NCBI GenBank assembly: GCA_965235115.1
Contig: OZ249436.1
Location: 23,562,001-23,626,000 of the forward strand
DNA from: Laetmonice hystrix
Taxonomy: Eukaryota
Length of the DNA: 64,000 bases
Direction: 5' to 3'
The notes under the pieces: model-generated
The model's input: only the letters and a program-made list of their open reading frames with translations
Told to the model about the DNA's origin: nothing
The model's database searches: none
Position numbers and translations under genes: made by a program
Part shown: piece after piece, positions 25,932 to 39,082 of the stretch
Numbering within the stretch: the first letter of the stretch is position 1
How the letters are laid out: every line of letters starts with the position of its first letter

Positions 25932-26886
25932 GGGGAGACCGGGGCTGGTTGTCACACTTTTTACACTTTTATATTTTTTGGGCCCCAGTAAATACGACAC
26001 TTTGTGTTAGCCTTACCATGAGCAAATATAATATCTTGGGTAGTCTCATGCATTTTATTACCCCCGTATTATAAACGGAAATTGAATAAACAAATATTTA
26101 TTCCATGATGTGACAACCAGCCCCATGATGGGGATGGTTGTCACAGTACATGGGAATGGTTAATATGGGCAGAATCGATAAATATCTTGTCAGTAATAGC
26201 TTGTCAAACACACACATTATTATGCACGCTTTGGATAATATGGGCTTGTTCGAAAATATATATAGCTTCAATTTTTATACATTTATGACAGAAAAAAATG
26301 CTCGTAAATAATTTATGTTATTGAAAAGTCAACTATTGTTCATATAAACATTGGGAAAATATGCTATCATATGTTGTTTTCATTCTACAGTCAATTGTAA
26401 AAGGGTTGCCCATATTACCAGACCTTACCCTAATAGTGATTACGATTAGGGATTTTTGTATTGGAAATGCCATTGGGGTTGGTTGTCACATGTGACCCCA
26501 AATCTAACGTGACAACCAGCCCCAGCAGACTTTGTTACATTTCCCGATCTATGTAGGCCAACTATATTACCATGGTGACTTAAGTTATATACCATTATGC
26601 AGCAAGCATATGTCTTTATTCAATTGGTTTTTTACTTCGTATCTATCTGTAGCAGTGTACTTCCAATTACAATATTAGTACAATACTCAAAAATTACTAA
26701 AAAATATTATTATATAAAAGTTGACACAACTTTTTACCCAAGATGTGCTGACGACGGAAATGACGTTTGTTGAAGTATGACAGTCTACTGCAAGAACTAA
26801 GCCGTGTCAATACTTCCCCTTGTGGCTAGTAAAGGAACTACAAAGCATGTGACAACCAACCCCTGTGACTTTTAGCCCCGGTCTCC
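25932..26886. mobile_element. TA-flanked MITE (pogo/Tc1-like) inserted just after the gag zinc knuckle
   Basis: TA|GGGGAGACCGGGGCT ... AGCCCCGGTCTCC|TA; removal restores SECWRLHGRP. Confidence 0.8.
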
Positions 26887-27077
26887 TACATGGTCGTCCT
26901 GCGGGATCCAACCCTAGACCAGTTGCTGCCACAGGTTTGCCCATTAGTGGGGTTACTTTTGAGGAGTTTGATGTAGTCCCTGCATGTGTCTAAGGATTTC
27001 CGCCCCTTTCTGTCTGACAGTGCTCAGTGTTAGTCTGAATAACGACCCTAATAGCCGGACTATTATTTGTGTGTTAA

Positions 27078-27316
27078 TGGCCCTGTCACACCTTGCCGGA
27101 TAGCATAAACGGATCATCTCCGTTTGCATGCGTTTCTTGTCCGTTCCTCGTTCGCCAAATGCGTTCCTTGTCAGGCAATGTCCGTTCAATCCGGGGAAGC
27201 ACCTGAGCGCCTCCAGTAGCAACGGAGACCACTTTCACCACCGGATGGTTAATTTTGACAAAGTTTCTGTCCGTCGCACGTCCGTTTATGCTATCCGGCA
27301 AGGTGTGACAAGGCCA
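27078..27316. mobile_element. Palindromic Harbinger-like MITE in the protease motif
   Basis: TAA|TGGCCCTGTCACACCTTGCCGGATAGC ... GCTATCCGGCAAGGTGTGACAAGGCCA|TTA; removal restores VLRDTGA. Confidence 0.85.
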
Positions 27317-27787
27317 TTAGGGACACAGGTGCTCCCATTTTTAGATGAGCCTTACTCAGGATCCAGTGTTTTGCTACGTGGTGTTGGAGGTGTACAGTCT
27401 ATTCCCCTTCACAAAGTTGTACTGGTACAGTTCTAGTTAGGGTCTTTCTCGCACTCTGATGTGACGACACAATGTTGACACCAGTGCTGGGATGAGCCCA
27501 TCCCACACTCCCAGGGAAGTAGTCCTAATGACGACGCATATCACATGTAAACAAAAGCCTCATTGTGCATCATCAAGTAGTGCCACACACAGATACTCTC
27601 ACAGAATCTGTATTTCTCACGATTTATTTTGCATATCATACAGTATTTCTAATAAAGGCTATTAAAAGTGACGTTGAGAGTGAGGGGCGGGTCAAGGAGT
27701 TTTGTTGTCACGTGGTATTTGCTGCCCTGCAACAATGGCACGTGTCCAAAACTATTGTGACGTTACAGTATCTTAGTAATGACAATA

Positions 27788-28538
27788 CACGAGTTTATAG
27801 TTCGTCAGAATCTGAGCCTCGTTTTGAAGTTGCGAGTAAACAAAGCCAGCGGCGCGCCATTAGCATTGCTGTCAATGGGGGGTTACCACGGAATGAAGCC
27901 ACTATTCCACGACCGCGAAGTTGTGACAGATTTTTCTGGCTGTGATCTTATACACATGGAGGGTAGGCCGACATGCACAGTGCTTCAAACAATGTGTTAG
28001 GCCTCGACAATTTCGTCCACAGGCTGTCGAACTGGGCGTGAGCTGCCCGTCGGGCAAGTGCACGCTTCGGCAGTGTTTGCAGACTGTCAGTGTGTCAGCA
28101 CGCGGGCATTTGGGGGCCAAACCCGGTTTAACTCAGCCTTCCCCCTCCAATCCAGCGCATAAAATGTGAATCAACATCCGACTGCCCCCCCCAATATCTA
28201 TCCCGTATGTGTTGGGAACCAACGGTGTGGAGCCCGTCTCCCCCGAGCGCTCCGCCGGCCGCTAGGCCTGGTGAGGCCACCGTGTCAGTGTCGCCAGCGA
28301 ACCGTTTAACTTTACTATTACGCCAATGTCGAGGTTTAAACCGGTTTTTTTGTCAAGTCTAATACAAGTTTTACACATTCGAACATTAGCTGTACAGATA
28401 TTGTTTGTAGAAGAGACGTAATCCCGACACAAAAATCGTGTATTTAACATAGAAATAGATAGGGAGACGGTTTGTTTACTCGCAACTTCGAAACGAGGCT
28501 TCCCGTGCGCATGCGCTCTGTCGAACTATAAACTGGTG
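27788..28538. mobile_element. ~750 bp MITE with CAC...GTG ends and TA flanks, copy 1
   Basis: TA|CACGAGTTTATAGTTCG ... CGAACTATAAACTGGTG|TA. Confidence 0.8.
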
Positions 28539-28540
28539 TA

Positions 28541-30079
28541 TAGGGACTGTAAGTCTCGGGCCGCAAATATTACTTCCGGTGACACCCTATTATCGCTTAG
28601 CATAGGCTCAGATAGGGAGTCTCTATTCAACCCATGACTACGCTTGCTGGGGTGATTATTTTGATCAGAAAGGAGGGTTAGACTGTGAAACAGAATGTAG
28701 CAAAGGCTCAGAAAAATGTTCGGTGCCCTAGCAAACTCTTAGATATTTTAAAATCAATTAATTGGAATTAAAATCGAGAGACCCAATCAGCGACGTCAGA
28801 AACAATGAACAATAGCGCTATGTCACAATGCGGCATGATGGAATGTGATCACGGCAGAGCCTAAACGTAATGGCGGCCGGTGCTTCGCTTCAGCAGTTCA
28901 AACGCCTCTAACTGCTGAAATACACAAGTGAGGACGTCAAAAGATGACATTGGGAGCTAAAATATTGAACCAAATAATGTCATATACTTGGAATTGTGTA
29001 GTAAGGCCCCTCATTTCTTAACCAAGCAGTGTTAGCGTTGGAGGTTGGCAAAGTTTTGTGACGCCACAATTCGGAGGCTCGTAATACACCAGTTTATAGT
29101 TCGTCAGAATCTGAGCCTCGTTTTGAAGTTGCGAGTAAACAAAGCCAGCGGCGCGCCATTAGCATTGCTGTCAACGGTGTTTTACCGCGGAAAGAAGCCA
29201 CTATTCCACCACCGCGAAGTTGTGACAAATTTTTCTGGCTGTGATCTTAGACACATGGAGGGTAGGCCGACATGCACAGAGCTTCAAACAATGTGTTAGG
29301 CCTGGAATATTCCGTCCACAGGCTGTCGAACTGGGCGTGAGCTGCCCGTCGGACAAGTGCACGCTTCGGCAGTGTTTGCAGACTGTCAGTGCGTCAGCAT
29401 GCGGGCATTTGGGGGCCAAACCCGGTTTAACTGACCCTTCCCCCTCCAATCCAGCGCATAAAGTGTCAATCAACATCCGACTGCCCCCCAATATCTATCC
29501 CGTATGAGTTGAGAACCAACGGTGTGGAGCCCGTCTCCCCCGAGCGCTACGCCGGCCGTCAGGCCTGGAGAGGCCGGCGTGTCAGTGTCGCCAGCGAACC
29601 GTTTAACTTTACTATTACGCCAATGTCGAGGTTTAAACCGTTTTTTTTGTCAAGTCTAATACAAGTTTGACACATTCGAACATCAGCTGTACAGATATTG
29701 TTTGGAGAAGAGACGTAATCCCGACACAAAAATCGTGTATTTAACATAGAAATAGATAGGGAGACGGTTTGTTTACTCACAACTTCGAAACGAGGCTTCC
29801 GTGCGCATGCGCTCTGTTCGAACTATAAACTGGTGTATCCGACAGTTCTAGAGTAAATTTTGAAGACACAAAACAATAGATGTGAATGCAATAGACTTTT
29901 ATAGATCAAGGATAACTGTGGAATTGAGCCTGGATAGATTCTAAAATTATTTACGGTGGTTTAGTATTTTGAATTGACCGTTTTTGTTGGGGCCTAGCCA
30001 AAGTCAATGGGGGGATTGGTGGGGTTGTCACCGGAAGTGCTAAATCTCGCACTTTCCCGTTTTGACTTACAGTCCCTAT
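28541..30079. mobile_element. TIR element (TAGGGACTGTAAGTC ends) hosting MITE copy 2
   Basis: TAGGGACTGTAAGTC ... GACTTACAGTCCCTA; an additional inverted copy of its left ~200 bp lies at ~30120-30323. Confidence 0.7.
29087..29835. mobile_element. ~750 bp MITE, copy 2
   Basis: Direct repeat of 27788-28538 with the same TIRs. Confidence 0.85.
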
Positions 30080-31194
30080 ACAACTGTTCCGTCATAATAT
30101 CGTAGTCATCCTAATAGGTAGTTTGCTCGGGCACCTAACATTTTCCCAAGCCTTTGGTAAATTCTGTTTCACAGTCTAACCCTCCTTTCTGATCAAAATA
30201 ATCACCCCAGCAAGCGTAGTCATGAGTTGAATAGAGACTCCCTATCTGGGCCTAGATCTATGCTAAGCGATAATAGGGTGTCACCGGAAGTAATATTTGC
30301 GGCACGAGACTTACATTGCCTATAGAAACTGTTCAGGCCAGTTCAGGCCTCGCCTAAACAGGGCTGTCCAAAGTTGCGGCTGCTTGGTGCGCAGCACATC
30401 CAAATCTGCGCACCAGAACTATCAACCCCAGCAAATTAGAAGCCAGGCGTATGAGCCGGGAGGGGGCAGCGGGCAGCCCCCCCCCCCCCCCAATTCGGGC
30501 AAAACAGTGGGGACAATTCAGGCAAAGCAAGCCGAACAAAAATCGGACAGAGAAATTTTGAGCAAATCAACCCCTCTGCCCCCCTTTACCAAAGAGTCGC
30601 CACACGCCCATTTTAGCAGCTATTTTACAAGAAAGGGGATGAGAGTAGGTGGCAGAGATGTTGGGAAACAGACGGCCAAGTATAATCTTTTCAAATTAAA
30701 GTCAAACCTGCTAAACTTTGCCCCAAAAAGGTACTCTCTCCGTCACGCTTACTCCTGGAAGATTAAATGCGTGGTTACAGTGCTTTGACTTTTATGGGTC
30801 ACTGGGGGACCACCAAATCAAATGCGTCACCTAGACCTGGTTCCCAAATCAATCTGTCGCTCAGTTTTTTCCTTGTCGCATTTGCGTTGTTGTTGTCGCT
30901 CCAATATGCAACATAGCGACAAATGGATAGCCGTGCTAAAGGCTCGGCCTGAACTGGCCTGACGTGTGCTGAGATAGGCCCATCTCGCACTTGGAGCAAT
31001 GCCATATGCATATAGTGACACTCTCCCTGTTGATGGTATCTCCATGTTGCTAGGCAACGACTTAGCGAGTGCTCAGTGAACCTTGTATGTCGGATGTCCC
31101 CATAGTGTCAGCAGGAGGCTGATTTACAAAAGGAATTCTCATTTCCTGAGTGTGTTGTGACCCGTGCCGCTGCCATGAAGGAACAAGGACAACT

Positions 31195-31701
31195 GGGCCC
31201 AGTTTTTTTTGTTTACTTTTGCACCGTGAGCAAGGGTGAGCTGAGCTGAGCAAGGGTGAGCAGGGCCCGTTTTTTTTGTTTACTTTTCCACCGTGAGCAA
31301 GGGTGAGCTGAGCTGAGCAAGGGTGAGCATGAGCTCATTCCCACCGTTTTGGTTTTGTTTGGGTTACTTTTTTCCATGAGACGTTTTCATGGTGAGCAAG
31401 CTTACGGAAAAACACCCCCCAAAAACGAAAACAGTGAGCAAAACGGTGAGCTCACCCTTGCTCAGCTCAGCTCACCCTTGCTCACGGTGAAAAAGTAAAC
31501 AAAAAAAACGGCCCCAGAAGCTCATGCTCACCGTTTTGCTCACCGTTTTCGTATTTTTGGGTGTTTTTCCGCGAGCTTGCTCACCATGAGCACGCCTCAT
31601 GGGAAAAAGCAACCGAAAAAAAAACGAAAAAACGGCGAGAATGAGATCATGTTCACCCTTGCTCAGCTGAGCTCAGCTCACCCTTGCTCACAGTAGAAAA
31701 G
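31195..31701. mobile_element. TGAGC-rich foldback/Harbinger-like MITE with partial duplications
   Basis: GGGCCCGTTTTTTTTGTTTAC ... GTAAACAAAAAAAACGGCCCC; GGTGAGCTGAGCTGAGCAAG repeats in both orientations. Confidence 0.7.
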
Positions 31702-34700
31702 TGTTATACAGTGGTGCCCTCTGGTGTCAATATGTCAATATGTAGGCCCTCTGGTGGTGAGGATGAAAACAAAGGACTAGGCCTGCGCCGATTGGAGCGA
31801 GGCTCGTAAACTAAAGCTTGATGGAAACTAGAACGGTGTCCGTGTTCTCGGAACCCAAATATAACATGGTGGCAGCGGTGAGTCGGCTTCAAGCTCCATG
31901 AATGCGATGCTTTGCCGCTACTCTCGGTCAGCCTACGCATCTACTGCTGCACCGGCTGGGCGAGTGGTTTTTGTTAGCGTGTTGCCGCGGAAAAGACGAA
32001 AAAAAACAAGATGGCTGCGCCGGGCGTGCGGATGCCCATGCTCAGCTGGGAGGCGGAAAGCCAAGTGGGAGCTTATGAGGAATGGAGGGACTTTCTCGAA
32101 AGTTACTTCGAAAAGATGGCATTATATCCTGCTGTCATCAGGCCTCGAAAGGTCGCGAGTTGTGGAATACTTGGGCGCTCACGCAGGAGGACAAGGCAGA
32201 CCCAGGCAGGGTATTCGGGAAATTCAAGGACCACTTAGTAGGGAAGCCCAACAAGTGGGTAATGCGCCTTGAGCTAGCGTCGCTGAAGCAGAGTGAAGGA
32301 GAGCCGCTGGACAATTTTGTGTGCCGTGTCAAGGCCAAAGCCAGTTTGTGTCAGTTCAGTGATGACGTGACCCGTGATGAGACGATTACATTCTAGTTGA
32401 TCAAGGGGATCCTGTGGCCGGAGGAAAGAGCATTCCTTATCTCGAAGGGCAATAACTTGACATTGGATGTTGTCATTAAGTCGGCACAGGAATACCAGGC
32501 AACGCTACGGGACGCATCTAGTTTCAACAATGGCAGTAAAGGTGACAGTGGGGTTGCAGCTTCCGTCAATTCAGTTACACGGGGGCGAAAAGAGACATGT
32601 AGATTCTGCGGTAGGAGGCATCCCCTGCGGAACTGCCCCGCGTATGGTAAGAAATGTGATGCATGTGGGATGTTGAACCATTTTGCTTGTGTGTGTAAAA
32701 GGAAAGGATGGGAAAATAGACAGGGTTCACAAAGGCGGTCAAGCTCTAGACACGGAAGGTCCAAAAGTAGAGATAACCGAGGTAGAGACAACCAAGGTAA
32801 AGATAACCAAGGTAGAGATGACCAAGGTAGAGGTAACCGTGGTGGCAAGAGAAATGTGTATGAATACCAAGCTGATGGTGCTCGTGACTCTGATGTACTG
32901 GATTGTGGCGAGGTTAAAGTGAGCATTGATGACATCCAGGCTGGAGAGAGACAGTCAATTATGGCAAAGTTGAACATTCGTCCGCCAAATGTATCCTGTA
33001 GAGTTACGCTTAGTGTTAAGGCTGACACTGGTGCAAACGGGAGCATTATGCCTGTCCGTTGCCTGAGACAGATGTACGGTGATAAGGGTGAATATGAGTT
33101 AAAACCTAGTAATGTTAAGCTAACTGCAGTGAATGGTACGGTGATACCCCAACTTGGTGTTATTGACATCCCAATACAGTTTGAAAACTCAGAATGGCAA
33201 ATGAACAGGTTCTATGTGTGTGAAATAGAGGGGCCCGCCATATTGTCCTGTGGGGCCACCAAGAAACTGGGTATTATAAAGGTGGCCGAGAGCCAAAACA
33301 TTTCTGTTGTTGGAAGCCAGGGTAATGCAGTGTTGACAACACCTGGTAGCCCCTCCCAAAGCTGTGTTGTGCCTATCCCAAACCAAGGTGCTCTAGAAAA
33401 GGCGTACCCTGAGTGTTTCAGTGGTATTGGATGTATGCCTGGAAAATGTGCGATTGAGCTAAAGGATGGTGCCATAGCTGTTGTTGTACCGCCCCGTAAA
33501 TACCCAATCCAATTGAAAGAGGAAATTTGTAATAAGCTTAAAGAAATGGAAGGTTTGGGGATAATCACAAAATGTCCGGATGATGAAGCATCGGAGTGGG
33601 TAAGTTCGTTGGCGTTTACGCGGAAAACTAACGCGGAAAACGAGTTGCGTATTTGTCTGGATCCGAAACACTTAAACGAGTCGATCAAGCGCACACACCA
33701 CAAAACTCCAACCCTGGAAGAGATCAGCCATAACTTTGCGGGGTCCACCGTATTCTCAAAATTAGATGCGAAACATGGCTACTGGAGCATTGTTCTTGAC
33801 GAGCCGAGCAGTAGGCTGTGCACATTCCACATATGCAACTCCGGTACTTTGATCCGACGCAACCCGCTGAAATTGAAGTTGACTCATCCCTAAAAGGCTT
33901 GGGGGCTGCACTGGTGCAGAATGGAAAGCCGATAGCTTTCGCGTTCAAAGCTCTCACGTCTGCAGAAAGCAGATATGCGAATATCGAGAGAGAGATGTTG
34001 GCAGTGGTGTATGGGCTTGAAAAGTTCCATACATATGTCTTTGGTAAAGTGGTATTCAGTGATCACAAGCCACTAGAGGCGATTCGTTTGAAACAGCTCA
34101 GCCAGGCACCGCCGCGGTTACAGCGCATTCTGTTGCGGATCGAGCCCTACGACATCCAGTTATGTTATCGTCCAGGTAAAGACATGGTCTACGCAGACTA
34201 TCTGTCTCGAATTGCTCCTTCACCGGGCCCTGAGGTCAAGCTAGCAAACCATTCATATGGTCCAAATGTCTGCCACTCAAATGGATAAGGTGCGCCAAGC
34301 TTCAGAGTGTGATTCTGAGCTACAGTCTTTGAGTGAACAGATTGTTCGTGGCTGGCCGGAGCAGGCCAAATCGGTTCCAAAATTTATCCGTGGGTACTGG
34401 ACCATGAGGGATTATTTGTCTGTTGACGATGGTCTCGTGTATTCGGGTGACCGTCTCATCGTGCCAGGATCGCTCCGTCAGGAGTACTTAGAACGTGTCC
34501 ATGCAGGACACCCGGGAATCACAAGGTACCAGCTTCGGGCAAAAGAATGCCTGTATTAGCCTGGCCTGATGGCTGATATTGAGGGAATTGTCAAAGATTG
34601 TGTGACATGTTTGCAGAATGCAAGAAGTAATGTGAAGGAACCAATGCAATCGCATGAGATACCGTCTCAACCGTGGCACACTCTGTCTAGTGATCTGTTT

Positions 34701-35876
34701 GAGCTTGGTGGTCATAAATATGTGGTGTTGGTGGACCATTATAGCAAAATGCCGTTCGTACGCGCGCTGCACACAGAAACGAGTGCAGAAACGATAAAGT
34801 TTTGCCGGGATCTGTTCTCGGTGCATGGTATCCTGAGTCGTATGTACACAGACAACAGCCCGCAGTATGCTTCTGCCGAGTTCCGGAATTTTGCTGTGGC
34901 ATGGGAGTTTGAACATATTACCTCAAGCCCCAGGTATGCCCAGAGCAATGGGGTCATTGAACGTACCGTCGCAACTGTAAAAGCCATGTTAAAAAAAGGC
35001 CCTCCAGTCGAAATCTGACCCGCAATTAGCCCTACTGTGCTGGCGAAGCACACCCTTGGATACCAGGTCCCCCAGTCCTGCAGAACTGTTGTACGGGAGG
35101 AAAATTAGGTCTAACCTACCCACAAAACAGAGTCAGACATTACTTGATCGACAGCACCATAAGAGGTTGCTTAAGAAGGGCAGGCAGTCTGAGGAGCGTT
35201 ATAATGCACATGCTGGATCAGAGCTCCCTGCTCTACGTACAGGGGGAAAAGTGTTAGTTCAGGTGCCTGACAGGTCTGAGTGGTGTCCGGGTACTGTTGA
35301 GAGTCTCTGTGATGAACCGCGTTCATATATGGTTCGTATGTCAGATGGAAGGGTATTGAGGAGAAATAGGAGGTTTCTCAAGGAGATAAGCCCTAGAGCT
35401 TCTGTGAAGTTCACGTTCGACCAAAGGCGTCAAGGCAATGCTACTGTGGAGCAGAGGCCTCAGTTGGTTGGTGTTGAGGGAGACCGGGCTAGGACAGTCA
35501 GGTTTCAGGAAAATGCAGGGATCACTCATGTGAGGCGTGATGAGCCTGTCAACCAGATGTTTAAGTCAAGCCGTAAGGCTAAGAAGCCGGTGAGACTAAT
35601 TGAGCAGTGTGAAGTTAAAGTCAGTTCTTAGAGATGTAGTTTCCTATGTCTAGATGGCATGGGGCATGCGTTTAAAGATACAATTGTGCTATCATTTTTA
35701 TTGTACTGCTATATAGGATTATATAGAAGGTTTTGGTTTGTCGTGTAGGTGGTTAGATTAGAGTATGTAAAATTGCAAAAACAGAACCCAAGAAATACTT
35801 GGAAAATCAATAAGGTTTAGTTGCTTTTATTGTAAGAAGAGGGATGTTATACAGTGGTGCTCTCTGGTGTCAATAT
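31702..35876 (+). mobile_element. Nested Gypsy (Mag-like) LTR retrotransposon, decayed
   Basis: 165-bp 5' LTR TGTTATA...TATAACA (31702-31866); PBS TGGTGGCAGCGG; gag with twin zinc knuckles; protease ADTGA. RT jumps from LCTF to RNase H at ~33830 (YxDD region deleted). Integrase, PPT, and 32 bp of the 3' LTR at 35845. Confidence 0.93.
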
Positions 35877-37829
35877 CTTGAATGCAAATTATTGAAATCG
35901 CCGATAGAAACTTTGAATCATATCTGGCGATATAGGGAACGGGAGGTGATTCACTAAGAATTCTCGCCAAATTTTCTCGCTAAATCAGCAATTTTGCTGG
36001 CGAGACGTCAGAGCACATCCCACCGTCGCCAAACGTGATCAAAATCCTACTTGCATACAGAAACTTTCACTCTTTTACACAGTACCGCGCAGTACCTTAA
36101 TCAAAGATGGTGGAGGGAGGATATGATTCAAAGTTTCTATCGGCGATTTTAATAATTTGCATTCGAGATGTTGCCGGATAATTATCAATTTAGAGAAATT
36201 TTAACTTATTAGTTGTGGCAGTTATATCACTGAAACATTACAATCGCCAGTCGCACTGTAAATTAATTGAAGGTGAAAAAGTCGGTGTGATTAAGGTACC
36301 ACAACGGTCGTGATTAGGTAGCGCAGGAGCAAAAGGGGATTAAGGTACCACAACATATACTGTGATAGGACTTTGAGGTTCTGATTTAAAATATTCGTGC
36401 GATACTTTATATAAATTATCTTTTTGTTTGTTTAATTAATCTAATGATGTCAAAATTATATGCAATTTAGGTTACCAAACACTTCACACTATTTTTAATG
36501 ACAATTTTGATGACCTATATCTTGGATGCGGTACCTTAATCGCTTACTCATGGTACCCTAATCACCCTCATAATTGATGCGGGTGGCACCTTAATCACAC
36601 CCACTTTTTCAACTTGGATTTACGGTGCCACTGGCGATTGTAAAGCTTAAGTGGTATAACCTCCATAATTAATAAGGTAAAATCTCTCTCAGTCGCTACC
36701 CAGACAGCATGGCCAACTGGGCCCCATATGGGTTTTGGCCAGACATGATGGGCTTATCTGGGCTAGGGCTACAGGTGGGCATTCTCAATGGCCCCACTTG
36801 GGGATAGCCCAGTAATTCCCCCCTTTGCAAGTTCTAAGTGGGCTTGAGGTGGGTTGTGTGTGGGCACACACAGCCCAGTACCTCCCTTCTGAGTGGGCTT
36901 TTGTCATACATGTGTGTGGGCTCACGGGTTAGTTCCCCGATTCACGCTTGGGGCCCAGATGGGCCCATAGTGGGTCATCTATTTAAGACCCTCTGAGGGC
37001 CCAGATGGGGCCTTACTGGGTTAGCCCAGTTGGGGCCCAGTTGGTGTCCATAGTGGGTCATCTATTTGGGACCCTCTGAGGCCCAAATGGGGCCTTGCTG
37101 GGTTAGCCCAGTTGGGGCCCAGTTGGCGTCCAGTTGGCGCCATAGCAGGCGCTAGGTGGCGCTGTTATCAGTGAGATTGACTAGACTGTCCGAAACACAG
37201 TCTAGGTGAACTTCTAACGACTTCAAGTAATTCGCACGTTATACAAGAACAGCTATTCATTGTGTAAAATTACGCTTTATTTTTTCGTTGATTGTGAAAA
37301 AAAACAAGATAGGGACGTAGAGATGATATTTTTTTTTAACAACCCAATATAGAAAACACCAATTTGAATTTACGACGGCGCCCGCGGACAAATTTAGCGG
37401 GGCCCCAGCTGGGTAGCCCATTTGGGGCCCAGTTGGTCGTCGTCCTGGCGCCCAGTTGGGGCCCAGCTGGGAATGTTGTCTGGGTAATTATAAGGAAGCG
37501 TCTCGGCTGATATTAACAGAAATCGCTCATAGAAACTTTGAATTGTAACCTAACCTGTGCCATCTTTGATTAAGGTACTGCGAGGTACCTTAATCGGCGT
37601 AAGCACAGTGATTTTGACGTCAGTGTTTGTCACGCACAACGAGGCTCTGTGGCAGCGAGGACTTTTAGGCAAGCGACAATGACACAATAGATACATAATT
37701 GTGAAGTTAGCTGGCGACGGTGGCGACGGTGTTAGTGAAACGGTCTGAAGGAATCATCAACATCGCCAGATTTGGCGAGAATTATATTCCCCAAAATTAG
37801 CGATCGCCAATCTTGCTGAAACGGGCCCC
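35877..37829. mobile_element. Foldback-type DNA element remnant with several internal inverted repeats
   Basis: IR pairs 35876-35925/36120-36169 and ~36190-36265/36620-36690; ATTAAGGTAC motifs; right terminus TTGCTGAAACGGGCCCC. Confidence 0.55.
36699..37484. mobile_element. CCC...GGG-ended, TA-flanked MITE (EnSpm/CACTA-like) rich in GGGCCC
   Basis: TA|CCCAGACAGCAT ... ATGTTGTCTGGG|TA. Confidence 0.75.
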
Positions 37830-38925
37830 AGACGTGTCTCACTCAGTTCCAGATGTTCTCCCCACTTTGACTAGGGAACAGCTCATTCGGGAGCAACGAA
37901 ATGATGTTGAGATTGCTACTCTTATTGACAAGGCGTTGTCTGAGGAAGAGGCTGCCGAGGTGTCGGTTTGCTATTATTTGGCGGCGGGTCTTTTGATGCG
38001 AAAGTGGAGGCTGCCAGAGGTCGCTGTGAACGAAGAATGGCATGTTTGCTCTCAGGTTGTGTTACCGCCTACTTGTAGGCCAGATGTTATGAAGTTGGCT
38101 GATGATTGTTCCATTGCTGGTCATCGTGGTGTTAATAAGACATGTGACAAGAATCTGCGTCACTTCTTTTGGCCAGGACTTAGATCTTCAGTGTCGGCGT
38201 TTGTCAAGTCATGCGACACTTGTCAAACTGTAGGGAAGCCAAACCAGTCTATTCCCTGAGCTCCCCTCAAACCCATTCCAGCGTTCCAGGAACCCTTTAC
38301 CCATGTGTTGATTGATTGTGTTGGTCACTTGCCCAAGAGTCGTGCAGGTAACCAGTATATTTTGACAGTGATGTGCATGTCATCCTGGTTCCCTGAAGCC
38401 ATTCCCCTGTAGGATATTTCTGCCAATAAGGTTTTCCAGGCTCTGGTAAAGTTCTTCACCCTAGTTGGACTTCCCAACACCCTCCAGTCAGACCAAGGAT
38501 CCAATTTTATGTCTCATGTTTTTCAGCAGGTTATGTATTGATCAAAGGAAATCCAGCGCTTATCATCCCCAGTCTCAAGGTGCAATAGAGAGGTTTCACC
38601 AGTCTATGAAGTTCATGCTGAAAACCTATTGTCATGAAAATGATCATGATTGGGATGAGGGCCTACCCCTTGTGTTGTTTGCTACTAGAGAAGCTGTATC
38701 GGATTCACTTGGTTTCAGTCCATTTGAGCTTGTATTTGGCCACACGGTACGTGGTCCATTGAAATGTTTGAAGGAGAAGTTATTGTCCCCTCAGCCGTCC
38801 ACCAGTTTGGTTGAGTATGTGTCGTCCTTCAGGGACAGATTGTATTTGGCCCGTGAGTATGCTAAGGCTCACCTAGAATCATATCAGGAGCAGATGAAAG
38901 TGTTTTATGATAGGACGTCTCGTAA

Positions 38926-39082
38926 GGGGCCGTTCAAAAGTTACGTAACGCTCGGGGGGTGGGGGGGGGGGTGTATGTCCAAACGTTACGGACAGTGCTG
39001 AAGTACCATTGCAGAGCGTTACGGGGTGGGGGGGGGGTCAGATTTGGCCCAAAATAGCGTTACGTAATTTTTGAACGGCCCC
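38926..39082. mobile_element. 157-bp Harbinger/Tourist-like MITE in the integrase C-terminus
   Basis: TAA|GGGGCCGTTCAAAA ... TTTTGAACGGCCCC|TAA; removal restores DRTSRKRSFQPGDQV. Confidence 0.9.

Noticed and set aside
24699..37829. GGGGCCCGTTTCA ends as TIRs of one 13-kb element
   Set aside because: Host Gmr1 sequence is collinear inside and outside the pair; more likely two independent truncated insertions
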